Made by a program: the position numbers and the translations under genes. The notes beneath the pieces were generated by a model. The model saw nothing but the letters and a program-made list of their open reading frames with translations. It was not told the origin of the DNA and did no database searches. DNA of 43,998 nt, taken from a virus. Taxonomy: Duplodnaviria > Heunggongvirae > Uroviricota > Caudoviricetes. Location of the stretch: the IMG/VR virus record IMGVR_UViG_2671180473_000007; one strand, 5' to 3'. This document shows, in pieces, positions 15,532-25,925 of this stretch. The first letter of the stretch is position 1, and every line of letters starts with the position of its first letter.

Positions 15532-16873
15532 TGATCACCTCCACGCTGCGGCCACCCGGAACAAAAACCGGATCGGGGATATTGTTTCTGCGGACAAAAT
15601 ACTGCCAGCGACTGCTGTTGCCGGTGGCACGGTACAGCGTGACCAGTGCCGGTTCGGTGGTGCGAACCATGACCTGAAAAGCACCGGGAAGATGCACGCT
15701 CCGTGTGGTTAAATCTTCTGTCAGCGCAAGCCCTGCATCACGTAATGCAAGGGCAGTCCCGGTATAGCCCTGTGCGGACAGATCCAGCACCTGTTGTTCC
15801 ATGGCATCGCTCAAATCCCGGTTGATACGCTGCACATCAGCAGAACTTTCCAGCCAGGCCAGTCCGCCCGAACGGTCAGTATCCTGAACGTGCGTCGTAT
15901 TCTGCCGGATGACCTGATCCAGCAGTTTTCCGAGCGTCTGTGCCTGCGACACCAGGGTTGCACTCTGCATCACGCTCCGCAGCAGACGGATATTTTTCTG
16001 TGCCGCAGGCGTCAGGCCAATCAGGCGCTGTGGATCATCCTGTTCGCTGAGGGTGTAACGCAGGGAGGAAAGTGTGCGGTACAGCTGCGGCATGGCCTGC
16101 TCTGCCATGCTGTCACGGTTTGTGGTCAGGCTGCCGGACGGCGTTCCGGCTTTTCCGGTCAGAGACAGGGAAGGATCGCCGGGCAGCCCGGTCAGCACGG
16201 CAAACATTCCGGCCAGCGATTCAGCCATGCGACGGGGCGCATTAATCAGGGCGGCGGCATTGCCTTTCAGGGCAGTAAAACTGGCCGTAAAGGCACTGAT
16301 ATCCTGCACAATCCCCATCCCCGAAACGGCATTCTCCAGTGCATCAATCTTATCGCTGATGGTGTCGGTCATGGCCTGTACATCATGCAGACCGTCTGAA
16401 ATCACCGTCCAGCCGTCTGAAAGCGTGTTAAACAGCTGATTCATTGCTGAGCCGCTTTTCTGCTCCAGCGCAGCTGCCGTATCTTCTGCCACCGCAGGGG
16501 CGGTATCGTCACTGGCGGGGATCACGTTGATCGTGAACTCAACCGTTCCCTGCTCGCTGGCGTTATAACGGCTTTCAAAGCTGTTTATCAGCACGTTTAA
16601 CGTGCCGTAATCCGGGTGCATCAGTTCACCGGCACCGGGTGCACGCAGCGCATCACGCAGGCGGCTTCGCTGTGTCTGAAGATCGTCTCCGGTCACCAGA
16701 ACCGTGAATGTGAACTCCGGGAGTTTTGGCCCCAGATCATCCGCACCGCCGCTTTCACGCAGTGGGTATTCACGGCGCACAATGTTACGTCCGCCCCGTT
16801 CCCGCTGCTCCTGATAAACCAGGAACGGTACGCCACGAAAGGAGCCACGCCCCGGCGTGTCAGTAGAGGCCAT
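15515..16873 (-). CDS. DNA circularisation protein (Mu gp43/N-like)
   Basis: 452-aa ORF directly downstream of the tape measure gene; assignment by size and position. Confidence 0.6.
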   Translation of the reverse strand: MASTDTPGRGSFRGVPFLVYQEQRERGGRNIVRREYPLRESGGADDLGPKLPEFTFTVLVTGDDLQTQRSRLRDALRAPGAGELMHPDYGTLNVLINSFESRYNASEQGTVEFTINVIPASDDTAPAVAEDTAAALEQKSGSAMNQLFNTLSDGWTVISDGLHDVQAMTDTISDKIDALENAVSGMGIVQDISAFTASFTALKGNAAALINAPRRMAESLAGMFAVLTGLPGDPSLSLTGKAGTPSGSLTTNRDSMAEQAMPQLYRTLSSLRYTLSEQDDPQRLIGLTPAAQKNIRLLRSVMQSATLVSQAQTLGKLLDQVIRQNTTHVQDTDRSGGLAWLESSADVQRINRDLSDAMEQQVLDLSAQGYTGTALALRDAGLALTEDLTTRSVHLPGAFQVMVRTTEPALVTLYRATGNSSRWQYFVRRNNIPDPVFVPGGRSVEVISEQQD

Positions 16874-18917
16874 AGTTCCCTCCGTTCCAGACGTTCACAT
16901 CCAGGCCATGCTGTGCGGTATCATCCACATCAATACTGCGCGCCCGCCAGCCTTCAGGGGCAACAAGCTCCACCCGTGCGGCGGTTTTCGCGGTGGCCTG
17001 TCCGCCGTTTTCGTCACTGCCGCCACGCAGTTTCTGCCAGGCCTGCGTCAGCCAGCCCCCCAGATAATCACCGAGATAGCTGCCCACCGTGGAACCAATG
17101 GCAACCCCGACCGGACCGGCAGCCGCCCCCAGCGCGCCACCGGCGATACTTCCGGCAAGGGAACCCACGGCACCGGCTTTATCGGCTGCACTGGCGCTGC
17201 TGTCCAGCAGTACAGGAGCCGCCATGGCACCGGCCCACAGGGCACCACCACCCAGCCGACCGGCACCACGGAACAGCCCGGCAAAACGCCCCAGCCCCAT
17301 GCGGTTTCCGGCCGCCGTTAGCAGACCACCGGCACGGCTCATCATACGACCGAAGAAGCCCTGTTTACCGGCACTCTCCGCCAGTTGCTCACCGGCAGTC
17401 ACGACGGTCGTGACACCCCGTCCACGTCCGGGGCCGCGTTTTTTACGGCCGCGCACGGTTTTGCCGTCACCGCTGACCACCACATCCCCGCCACCTGAGG
17501 CCAGGCCACCCGCAGGCCAATTGGTGACCAGCACGGGCTGAACGGCAGCCGGATTTACCCCGGTAAGGAAATTCAGGAACCGGCCAGCGCGTCCGGGCTG
17601 CGTTCCCGGTACAGTGGTCTGCGGTTTGCGGAAGGGCGACGTCAGCACGGAGGTCATCGCCATGCCATAGCGTAAGGGGGTTGCGCCGAGACGTAATGCC
17701 CCCGTCCCCGCAAACCTGAGCACCTTCAGCGCACGGGAGGCGAGATACATATACATCAGGTACTTTGCGGCGGTCTGCGCACCCTGACCAATGCGATCCA
17801 GCGCATCGCCATAACCGGCGTCGCGCAGTGCCTGAAGCGTTTCCCTGACTTTCTGAATGACCCGGTAAAAGCCGGTCGCAGCGTCTCTGGCATACTCAAA
17901 TCCCTGATTCAGGGCTGAGGCCGTCTGTGTGGCCAGCTTATCCTGTAAGCCGCTTTTCTGTGCCGCATCAGCATAATCCAGAAAGCCTTTCAGGCTCTTT
18001 TTCAGGCTGTCAAACGGTCCCTTTGCCATCACCTCGCGGGCAAATCCGTCCCAGACATCGCCCATCATGGACGTCATTCCCGTCCAGGAATTCATGGCGT
18101 TTTTCTGGGCACCTTTTGCCTGTTCGGCCATCACCTGAAATAACAGGCGAATGCTGTCCGGTCCCAGTTTTCCTTTCTCGCCTTTCTCACGGATGATCTT
18201 CTGGTTTACACCCAGCTTATCGGCCAGCAACTGGTAAACGTTAATCCCGTATCCGGTCAGAATATTGGCGTCCGCTGCCTGGATACTCTGGCGGGCAAAC
18301 ATCTGTTTGAGTTGCAGGGACGCACCCTGTGCATCTGACAGTGACCAGCCGTGATAGCCGCCCTGATCCTGAAGCATGGTAATAAAGCGACGGGCTTCCC
18401 TGTCACTCATACCGAACCCGCGACTGGAGGCGTATTCCTGCATAACCCCCGCCAGCCCCCAGGTGGTGTCTTTGGCGTTCTGTACCGCCCAGGCTTTCAC
18501 TGCTTCCGTTTTTGCCGTATCGCCATGATTAATGGCGTTGAGACGCAGAATATAGTTCTCCATCTCTGCGGCCGGGCGGATAAAGGCTTTATTAAACCCG
18601 TAGACCGCAGCCCCTCCCGCCAGCATCCCGTAAAGGTTGCTTATCCGCCCGATGGTGCCGGTAATGCTGCCCTGAAGGCGGTCAAAATCTGACGTCACCG
18701 TGCGGATACTGCCACGAACACCGGCAAGCGTTCGCTGCATACGGGAGCCGACAAGTTCTGTCTCCTGACCGGCACGACGTGCTGCATTTCCAAGACCACC
18801 CAGCCCCGTCCTGCCGGAACGGGAGAATGCCCCCAGCTCCTGTGACCACTGGCGGGATTTGGCAGAAATATTGCCGAGTAAATCGACAATCAGGGAGGCT
18901 TTCAGGTTTTTTGCCAT
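16860..18917 (-). CDS. Tail tape measure protein
   Basis: 685-aa ORF, Gly/Ala-rich C-terminal third, located between the tail chaperone and baseplate genes. Confidence 0.75.
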   Translation of the reverse strand: MAKNLKASLIVDLLGNISAKSRQWSQELGAFSRSGRTGLGGLGNAARRAGQETELVGSRMQRTLAGVRGSIRTVTSDFDRLQGSITGTIGRISNLYGMLAGGAAVYGFNKAFIRPAAEMENYILRLNAINHGDTAKTEAVKAWAVQNAKDTTWGLAGVMQEYASSRGFGMSDREARRFITMLQDQGGYHGWSLSDAQGASLQLKQMFARQSIQAADANILTGYGINVYQLLADKLGVNQKIIREKGEKGKLGPDSIRLLFQVMAEQAKGAQKNAMNSWTGMTSMMGDVWDGFAREVMAKGPFDSLKKSLKGFLDYADAAQKSGLQDKLATQTASALNQGFEYARDAATGFYRVIQKVRETLQALRDAGYGDALDRIGQGAQTAAKYLMYMYLASRALKVLRFAGTGALRLGATPLRYGMAMTSVLTSPFRKPQTTVPGTQPGRAGRFLNFLTGVNPAAVQPVLVTNWPAGGLASGGGDVVVSGDGKTVRGRKKRGPGRGRGVTTVVTAGEQLAESAGKQGFFGRMMSRAGGLLTAAGNRMGLGRFAGLFRGAGRLGGGALWAGAMAAPVLLDSSASAADKAGAVGSLAGSIAGGALGAAAGPVGVAIGSTVGSYLGDYLGGWLTQAWQKLRGGSDENGGQATAKTAARVELVAPEGWRARSIDVDDTAQHGLDVNVWNGGNYGLY

Positions 18918-18920
18918 GGG

Positions 18921-19115
18921 TTACTGCTTCGTTCTGAGAATTTTTTCGGTCTGTCGGCAGTGCCGGTAAAGCTGCGATAAGGGGAGGTTAAGCGCCCACT
19001 CCGGGCCGCTTTTTGTCACCATCCCCAGCACAATTGCGGCTTCTTCAATCTGATCCCGGCACTGCATCTGGTCGCCCCCGTTCAGCGACCAGCTTTCCGG
19101 CCATCGCGGAATCAA
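18921..19115 (-). CDS. Small ORF overlapping the tail chaperone 3' end (possible frameshift extension)
   Basis: 64-aa ORF overlapping 19045..19521 by 71 nt in another frame, in the position where tailed phages often encode a frameshifted chaperone extension. Confidence 0.3.
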   Translation of the reverse strand: MIPRWPESWSLNGGDQMQCRDQIEEAAIVLGMVTKSGPEWALNLPLSQLYRHCRQTEKILRTKQ

Positions 19116-19521
19116 GCAGGCTTACTGCCGCCATCAGTCGGGAGAGATCGCGCTCGCTGAGCTGTCCTATCTGACGCGGAGACAATGGCCCCTCAATCTG
19201 GCCGACAGCGGCAATCTGACGGCGCAGCAGCGCAATGCCGCGCAGTGCCGGTGAGGCCACAAGAACCGGACCGTTTCGGGTTTCCATAAGACGCTCGGCC
19301 TCGCTCTCCGCATCAATGCTGTCTTTTGCCGTCAGTTCGCGGAAGGTGACGCGGTATTCACGGGATTCCCCGAACGGCAGACCGTCGAGCAGATCCACAT
19401 AGCCGTTCGCCAGTTGTTCAGCCAGCCCGGCGGTGCGGGGATCGCCGTCTTCAAGTGCATCCCGGATAGCCTCCATCACGGCCTCGTCAGAAACCGCCGT
19501 TTTTTTCTTACGTGTGCTCAT
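19045..19521 (-). CDS. Putative tail assembly chaperone (Mu gp41-like)
   Basis: 158-aa acidic protein between tail tube and tape measure genes. Confidence 0.5.
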   Translation of the reverse strand: MSTRKKKTAVSDEAVMEAIRDALEDGDPRTAGLAEQLANGYVDLLDGLPFGESREYRVTFRELTAKDSIDAESEAERLMETRNGPVLVASPALRGIALLRRQIAAVGQIEGPLSPRQIGQLSERDLSRLMAAVSLLDSAMAGKLVAERGRPDAVPGSD

Positions 19522-19535
19522 TACATTTTTCCTGA

Positions 19536-19901
19536 TTACTGGACACGGGTACTGGTGGCGCTGGCGAACTTCGCGGAGATATCACCACCACCGTCAAGCG
19601 AGGCCGGTTCACTGCTCCAGGCCTTCGTCATCATGTGGACTTCACCGGTATCGGCCACGAACTCAATCGTGACCGCAGTCCAGGTGTTGATTTCATCGGC
19701 AGCCGGTGAACCTTCTCCGCCCGCCGGGAATTTACAGTCCAGCGTCGCCTCACGGGGTTTCTCGCGATAGCCGTAAACTTTCGCGCCTTTCACCACTTCA
19801 CGCTCAAAGCCGGACGGGGAGAACGTGGCCCCCTCAAGGGTGTCGTACTCCTGCCCGTTCACACGGATGGTGGCCGTGCCCTGATACTGTTTTCCGCTCA
19901 T
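19536..19901 (-). CDS. Tail tube protein
   Basis: 121-aa ORF immediately downstream of the sheath gene. Confidence 0.7.
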   Translation of the reverse strand: MSGKQYQGTATIRVNGQEYDTLEGATFSPSGFEREVVKGAKVYGYREKPREATLDCKFPAGGEGSPAADEINTWTAVTIEFVADTGEVHMMTKAWSSEPASLDGGGDISAKFASATSTRVQ

Positions 19902-19909
19902 GCCTTACC

Positions 19910-21412
19910 TCACAAAATGAAACGGATCTGCGCGGCCATGAAGCGGAACTGGTTAACCAGATCCGGTGTACACATCACATCCAGACGGTTACGGTCTTTT
20001 GTGTTGCGCTCCACGAGCAGATTCTTTTTAAAGGTGTCCAGATTTTCGACCAGTCCCAGATCCACCCATTCTTCCCCCAGCGAAATTAACTGAAGTTTCA
20101 TGATCTCCGGTGTCACGATATTCTGACCGGCACGAACGGGCGTCCCGTCATCAGCCAGTTTATGGCGCGGAAAACGCTGCGTGATAAAGGTGCGCAGGGA
20201 ATAACGCAGATATGACAGGGTGTAGATGGTTTCCACATCCAGATAGCTGGGATCGATTTCGCCGTATGCATTCTGACGGTACATCGTCACCTGACGTTCA
20301 ATCTGCACCACATCCGCGGCCGCGACGGTCACCGTGGACATGCCGGTATAAAGCAGGCTGTTTCGCTCTTCCCGCGTCAGACGATCCGGTGCTTCAGGTG
20401 CCATACGGGCAGGCAGCGCCAGTGTCTGTAATGGTCGGGCCGGATCCGTTGACAGGGAGGGCGCACAGACCGCACAAATGGAGGCAGCCCAGACATAATC
20501 CGGCTCTGGTGCTTTAGGAATAGAAGTGCAGGTAAACAGGAAGTCATTACGGGATTCACCAAAACTGGTTGCCGTACCGAAGGTGCCGGTATGCGCCATC
20601 CAGACCATACCGTCCGACATTTTTACCGGTCCCCAGCGTTTCAGCAGTTCATCCGCCAGAATTTTGAGATTTGCCGCATCCTTATAGGGCATGACGATGT
20701 AGTTGTACTGACGATTCCCCATCCCTGAGACGCTACGGGTGATATCGGGGTTTGTTGCCTTCTGTGTTGGCGCGACGAGCTCCAGCGTAAGACCGGCCGG
20801 TGTAGTTTCACCGTCATAATAGTTCACCCGTAAATCATGAGCTGAGCATTCACCGATAAAGCGGGCGTTAACCCCCATGCTGCCTTTAAGTCCTTCAGCA
20901 TTATCACCACTGACTTCAGCTGCGATAGCAGTGAATGGCGCATCAGTGTCAGCGTTAATGACCTTAGCCAGCTCTTCCACAAGCTCTTTACCTTTTTTCC
21001 CCTTACTGACGGGCAGGAGGTAACGGCGACCGCCGATGTAAACACTTAACACCCCGTCTGCCAATGCTGTTCCAATGATATTCATCACGCATGCCCTGGA
21101 CTGACCTGTTCCAGCCCCCTGTGCAATGGCATATAACTCTGTGTCAGGGTTAATGGCGATAAATTCCTCTACCATCAGTGCAATCATGGAACCTCGCCCC
21201 CAGAGTTCTCTTGCTTGTGAAGCTCGGGTAATACGTACTGGTACATCAAGCTGACCGCGCCCCTGAATGGTAGTGTCTTTCATTGCAGCCTGACCAAACA
21301 ACAGTACCGCCTGACGCTGTGGTGGAGTGCCGGTCACGGCCATTGAATTATTGATTTCAATCTGTACCAGCGGAATGCGATTGTTATCGCCGATATAATC
21401 AAAGTTAATCAT
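19910..21412 (-). CDS. Contractile tail sheath protein
   Basis: 500-aa ORF upstream of the tube gene; size and position as Mu L. Confidence 0.8.
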   Translation of the reverse strand: MINFDYIGDNNRIPLVQIEINNSMAVTGTPPQRQAVLLFGQAAMKDTTIQGRGQLDVPVRITRASQARELWGRGSMIALMVEEFIAINPDTELYAIAQGAGTGQSRACVMNIIGTALADGVLSVYIGGRRYLLPVSKGKKGKELVEELAKVINADTDAPFTAIAAEVSGDNAEGLKGSMGVNARFIGECSAHDLRVNYYDGETTPAGLTLELVAPTQKATNPDITRSVSGMGNRQYNYIVMPYKDAANLKILADELLKRWGPVKMSDGMVWMAHTGTFGTATSFGESRNDFLFTCTSIPKAPEPDYVWAASICAVCAPSLSTDPARPLQTLALPARMAPEAPDRLTREERNSLLYTGMSTVTVAAADVVQIERQVTMYRQNAYGEIDPSYLDVETIYTLSYLRYSLRTFITQRFPRHKLADDGTPVRAGQNIVTPEIMKLQLISLGEEWVDLGLVENLDTFKKNLLVERNTKDRNRLDVMCTPDLVNQFRFMAAQIRFIL

Positions 21413-21690
21413 CAGGACGTCCCCTTATCTGATGCTGCGGTTTTTTCAGCCACCGCCGCAGTTTTTTCTGCTACCGCTCCCGCTGGTTTTGCCGCCGCGC
21501 CGGTATTAGCAGTTGTGGCAGCCGGGGCAGGCTCCGCCGTTTTATCCACCACAATGACGTCGCCATCATTAAGACGGCGGCACCAGAACGGAGTGAAGGG
21601 TTTCTCTTCCCCGTCCTGAGAGAGCGGAGTCATCGTGTCGGGATCGCGGATCAGGCATCCCGGCGCAGGTTTAATAAAAATGGTTGTCAT
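21412..21690 (-). CDS. Small Ala-rich hypothetical protein
   Basis: 92-aa ORF with Ala-rich C-terminus, between head-completion and sheath genes. Confidence 0.5.
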   Translation of the reverse strand: MTTIFIKPAPGCLIRDPDTMTPLSQDGEEKPFTPFWCRRLNDGDVIVVDKTAEPAPAATTANTGAAAKPAGAVAEKTAAVAEKTAASDKGTS

Positions 21691-21693
21691 CTG

Positions 21694-22257
21694 TTATTCC
21701 TCTGACAGTCCGGCGTTTTCACCGGCGGCAGTTGCACCAGGCAGACGGATGTGTGCCTTAAATTCCGGCGTGCCTTCCGGTTCGGTAAAGGTTTCGTAAT
21801 GGCGCAGGAAATCATCCAGCGAGCTGATATCCGTCAGCGGGTCGATCATTTCCTCGCATGAGAAATACAGGGCGTACATCACGGCACCGCTGCCTGCCTG
21901 CGTTTCGGTGTAACCGTTGACCGCCTTTTCAAAGTAAAGCGGTGAGGTTTTTTCTGCTCTGAAGCCGTCCAGCACGGTAATCAGGCGGGCCACAATCTGA
22001 TAAAGCCCGGGACGGCTGACCTCACGGCCATTGAGCATGTCGCCGATGACGTAGAACACCCAGTGACTGACCAGACGCCCACGGGTACGCCCTTCACCGG
22101 CACCCAGCCAGGCAACATAGATAGCCGGGGCGTTAATCAGCATGGTGCGCAGTACGCTGTCGCTCCAGTCGCCGGGATGTGTGTCAACAGACACCAGTTC
22201 ATTCCCGAAATACTCACGGATACGGGCGATGTACGCCTGCTCGGTTTCCGTAATCAT
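21694..22257 (-). CDS. Head-tail joining protein (Mu gp37-like)
   Basis: 187-aa ORF; assignment by position. Confidence 0.5.
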   Translation of the reverse strand: MITETEQAYIARIREYFGNELVSVDTHPGDWSDSVLRTMLINAPAIYVAWLGAGEGRTRGRLVSHWVFYVIGDMLNGREVSRPGLYQIVARLITVLDGFRAEKTSPLYFEKAVNGYTETQAGSGAVMYALYFSCEEMIDPLTDISSLDDFLRHYETFTEPEGTPEFKAHIRLPGATAAGENAGLSEE

Positions 22258-22673
22258 ATAAAGCCCTTCTGGTTGCGCCCGAACACCGCCGCATCAGACT
22301 GCACCTGCGGTAAATCCCCGGATTCAGGGGCCGCACCGTCTGTATCCACGCCGACCGGCACGTTACCGTTCATGACATCTTTCAGCCAGGCCAGCGCCTC
22401 ACGGTAACGGTCACGCGCCTGATCGGATGCCCGCTGATCGCACAGGTAATAAAAGGCAATCGTGCAGCAATGCTGAACAAGGACCGCCGGAACCACCGCC
22501 AGCGGCAGCGTGTAACGGGAAGACAGATAGCTGTCGATAAGGGCAGACGCGTCCGTCAGTGCCCGGTTCAGCTTGCGCGTGTCCGGTTCATCCGAACGGG
22601 GCACGGCCAGTAATGGCCTGAGCAAATCCTCGCGGTAACGTGCCCGCATATCGGTTTCGGTGGCGTAATTCAT
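22254..22673 (-). CDS. Head completion protein (Mu gp36-like)
   Basis: 139-aa ORF; assignment by position. Confidence 0.5.
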   Translation of the reverse strand: MNYATETDMRARYREDLLRPLLAVPRSDEPDTRKLNRALTDASALIDSYLSSRYTLPLAVVPAVLVQHCCTIAFYYLCDQRASDQARDRYREALAWLKDVMNGNVPVGVDTDGAAPESGDLPQVQSDAAVFGRNQKGFI

Positions 22674-23029
22674 GCGCGCGCCTTTTTCGCCTGTCTGGCG
22701 TTATTGCCGGTCTTTTTCCGGGGAGCATCCTGTACGGTTTCGGCTTCGGCTAAATCTGCACCGGTCTCTGCATGAACCACACCCGCCACGGCTCCCGCAT
22801 CATCACCAGGCGTCTGTAGTATTCGTACAGTGAGGCATGGCTCCGCTTCCAGTCGGGCAAGCTGCTCCGGGGTGACGTCAACCTGCTGGCGTCCCCGCAT
22901 GAACAGGAACCCCGCACGACGAAAATGCGTACGACTGCAACGCACTTCTGCCAGTACCGTGACAGGACTGTCACCACTGACCTGAAGGCCTGAATCATCT
23001 GTTGCTGCCACAGTGTGATGTTCATTCAT
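22670..23029 (-). CDS. Hypothetical head-associated protein
   Basis: 119-aa ORF immediately downstream of the major capsid gene. Confidence 0.45.
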   Translation of the reverse strand: MNEHHTVAATDDSGLQVSGDSPVTVLAEVRCSRTHFRRAGFLFMRGRQQVDVTPEQLARLEAEPCLTVRILQTPGDDAGAVAGVVHAETGADLAEAETVQDAPRKKTGNNARQAKKARA

Positions 23030-23072
23030 ATTTGCCCTCCGCAGGGGCCGGGCCGTAAGCCCGGCTCACCGT

Positions 23073-24020
23073 TTACAGATAATCCGCGACAACCAGCTCC
23101 AGCTTGCCCTTCATCTCGTTAGAGACTGTGGCGTTACCGTCTGCGAACAGCTCGCGCTCCAGCAGCTGCACCGCCTGTTTTTCCAGCGAGGTGGGGACAA
23201 CAATATGGGTGGGTTTGATGCCGAGTTTGCGGCCACCGTCAGCCTTAAAGTCACGCATGGCTGACCAGCCGTGCCACAGCGCATCCAGCGTCAGCGGTGA
23301 CTGCATCATGTAGGCCATCTGCCAGAAGCCGTAGCCCACATTGCGACGGGCGGAAGCACCGAACACAAACTCGTTATCAGTAAACGCACGGCCTTCATCG
23401 ACTTTTGTCTGGGCAACCAGTTCGGCTTTGCGGCGATCCTGATAAATCAGCGGTTTTACCGCGCGGGAGCAGTCAAGCAGATACCAGGCCGGGCCGCTGT
23501 AATCCGCCTGTGCACCGACAGAGCCGGTTTTTGCCACAAACATATTGCTGACCATCTGTGCATCACCGGAGCCATCCACTTTGGGGTAAACAGGGTGTTC
23601 GGTATCAAAGAAGTTCTGGCCGTCATAGCAGGCCGCATTCAGACCATCACGCAGTGCAGCAAAGACCAGTTCATCCGGTTGTGCCGCAGCGGCACGACCC
23701 ATTTCCTGGAATAACGGGGAGTAGATGCCGAGATTGTCGTCTTCAAAGTCATCGCGGCTAATGGCAACGGTGCCTTCAAAGGTTTTGTTCACGATGGCGT
23801 AGCCATAGGCTTTCATCTTCTCGATGACGCGGGAGCCGATCCACTCACGGAACTGCGGGAACTGCCCCAGCCAGCCGTAGGTGTTGGATTTCGAGGTGGA
23901 CGGCACGGTCATCGCAATTTTCTGGTACTGCGACGGAGCCATGGACATCCCGGCCTGAAAATCAGAACGGTAGCCCGTCATCAGGGCGGTGATCATCGCC
24001 GGTGTAATCGGGGTAGGCAT
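23073..24020 (-). CDS. Major capsid protein (Mu T-like)
   Basis: 315-aa ORF directly downstream of the protease/scaffold gene. Confidence 0.8.
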   Translation of the reverse strand: MPTPITPAMITALMTGYRSDFQAGMSMAPSQYQKIAMTVPSTSKSNTYGWLGQFPQFREWIGSRVIEKMKAYGYAIVNKTFEGTVAISRDDFEDDNLGIYSPLFQEMGRAAAAQPDELVFAALRDGLNAACYDGQNFFDTEHPVYPKVDGSGDAQMVSNMFVAKTGSVGAQADYSGPAWYLLDCSRAVKPLIYQDRRKAELVAQTKVDEGRAFTDNEFVFGASARRNVGYGFWQMAYMMQSPLTLDALWHGWSAMRDFKADGGRKLGIKPTHIVVPTSLEKQAVQLLERELFADGNATVSNEMKGKLELVVADYL

Positions 24021-25153
24021 TATTGCATTTCCTCTTTCATTTTCAGGAACTCGGCTTCGGTTTTACCCAACAGACGTGCGGCGGCGATATCTTCAGCCGA
24101 CAGCACAGCGGTGGCGGTCTTTTTATCCGGCACGGTTACGGTGTCGGTCTGAAGAGTGGTCAGAGCCGCAACCGGCTGGCGGGCGTCAAGCTGTGCAGAA
24201 AGTGCCGCGACGCCAATCTGTTGTCCGAGTCCTTCCATGTATCCGCGTTCGCTTTTGAAAATGCGTCCTTCGGACTCGGCCTTATCCAGCAACTGCTCCA
24301 GCGTGGTGCTGCCGTGTTGTGCCGACAGCGCGGCATATTCGGTACGCAGGGCGTTATACGTCTCAACGGGCACATATTTCGTCAGATCAATAGTGCCGCC
24401 AGTTGGTGTGCCTTTTGCGGTTTCCAGTTCTGCCGACAGGCTGGCAACCTGCGTTTTCAGGGTGTCGTGCGCATCCGCACGGGTTTTGATCCCGGTAAGG
24501 GCAGACAGCGCCGCCGTGCCCAGTTCCGGTGTAAATTCGTCACCGTCAGCCACGGTCAGACCGAGCGCCGTCAGCAACTGGCGTAATTGCTCATTCATGG
24601 GGGATTGCTCCTGAGAAGGGGAAACGACATAGAGATCATCAGCACTGAGTGCCGCGACAGGGTTCATACCCGTAATACCCGGATCATTCGTCAGGGAAGC
24701 CATGCGCAACAGGTAGGGTTCCCCGGTGTCAGCGAAATAATGCATATATGCAGACAGATAGGCATATTCACGGTCATCAATATGTTTTTGTGCCTGTGGT
24801 GTCCATTCAGGTTTAATGAAAATCCCCTGACCCTCACGCCATTCGATGTTTTCCGGCTTAACCCATCCTGCAGCAATAGCCTTGAATCCGTTTTTCTGCG
24901 CATTCACGGAGTGATGGTCATAATCAATCAGTAACGGCTGATGCAGGGCGGAAAGCCCGGCTTTCATCCGGTTACAGGCGGATTCGTTAATCAGCCAGCC
25001 TTCAGTCGGTTTTTCCGGGCGACCGTCACGGGCCTTTACCCGACCGGCTGGCAGTAACTGACACCATCCGTCGCCGGATGCAGTCAGCGAAGCTGAAAGC
25101 ACGGCTAAACCGGAGGGGCGATTTGCGTCTTTTGGGTGATTTTCTGTCTTCAT
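24020..25153 (-). CDS. Head maturation protease/scaffold protein (Mu I-like)
   Basis: 377-aa ORF with Ala/Leu-rich coiled-coil-like C-terminal half, immediately upstream of the capsid gene. Confidence 0.7.
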   Translation of the reverse strand: MKTENHPKDANRPSGLAVLSASLTASGDGWCQLLPAGRVKARDGRPEKPTEGWLINESACNRMKAGLSALHQPLLIDYDHHSVNAQKNGFKAIAAGWVKPENIEWREGQGIFIKPEWTPQAQKHIDDREYAYLSAYMHYFADTGEPYLLRMASLTNDPGITGMNPVAALSADDLYVVSPSQEQSPMNEQLRQLLTALGLTVADGDEFTPELGTAALSALTGIKTRADAHDTLKTQVASLSAELETAKGTPTGGTIDLTKYVPVETYNALRTEYAALSAQHGSTTLEQLLDKAESEGRIFKSERGYMEGLGQQIGVAALSAQLDARQPVAALTTLQTDTVTVPDKKTATAVLSAEDIAAARLLGKTEAEFLKMKEEMQ

Positions 25154-25330
25154 ACCGGCAGCATAAGCCGGGTATTTTTGGGGCTGGTTTTGCGGGACTT
25201 CAGAAAGTGCTGACAGGGGGGGAATGAGAAAGGCGCTTCACGCAGATTTTAAAGCCCGTTAAATACAGGTTAGAAAATCACGACACGCGCCTGAAGGGGG
25301 TAAGGTAATACGTTTGCATACCTTAAACCA

Positions 25331-25804
25331 TTACGGCGTTTCTGTGGCCTTTTTAAAGCGTTTTCTGATTTCGTCCATGATCTCCTGTTCTGCCACCTGA
25401 TCAAAGCCCATATACGGACGTGCGCCAATGGCCGCCGGTCCCGGTGGCATACCAGGCAGGCCACCCCACTGATGAATGGCTGCATAAGGTTCATTTGATC
25501 CAATCAGCGCCCAGGTATCGCCATAATCCGTGGTCAGGCGGCGGGCCAGATCGCCGTTCAGCGTCAGGATTTTGCCGGGCGTGTATCCCTTACGGGTACG
25601 CCACTCACGGTAAGGATCTGACCAGTCATGCCAGCGTTCACCATCCGGCTCTTTTTCCTGCTCAAACGCCATTTCTGACGATGACAGAAGACTCGCCGCC
25701 ACACTGCGGGCCAGGTCTTTTCCGCCGCCCACAAACTGAAGCCGGGCAAACACTCGCTGGAGACGCGTAACGTCAACAACGACAGCTGCATCAATGGATG
25801 ACAT
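25331..25804 (-). CDS. Virion morphogenesis protein (Mu G-like)
   Basis: 157-aa ORF between F-like and I-like genes. Confidence 0.65.
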   Translation of the reverse strand: MSSIDAAVVVDVTRLQRVFARLQFVGGGKDLARSVAASLLSSSEMAFEQEKEPDGERWHDWSDPYREWRTRKGYTPGKILTLNGDLARRLTTDYGDTWALIGSNEPYAAIHQWGGLPGMPPGPAAIGARPYMGFDQVAEQEIMDEIRKRFKKATETP

Positions 25805-25925
25805 ATTGCCTCCGCATAAAGGATGAATATAAAATAAACAGGCGGTCAGTGTACGCTTAACTGGTAAAGTCGGTGCCTGCCTCCGGGTGGATCATGTATG
25901 CGGGTTCGACCCCCGCCACTGACCG

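Noticed and set aside
16616-17541. Long plus-strand ORFs (16616..17413, 16857..17321, 17089..17541) antisense to the tape measure gene
   Set aside because: Pro/Arg/Ala-rich translations typical of antisense frames in GC-rich coding DNA; no RBS; the minus-strand frame is a coherent structural gene.
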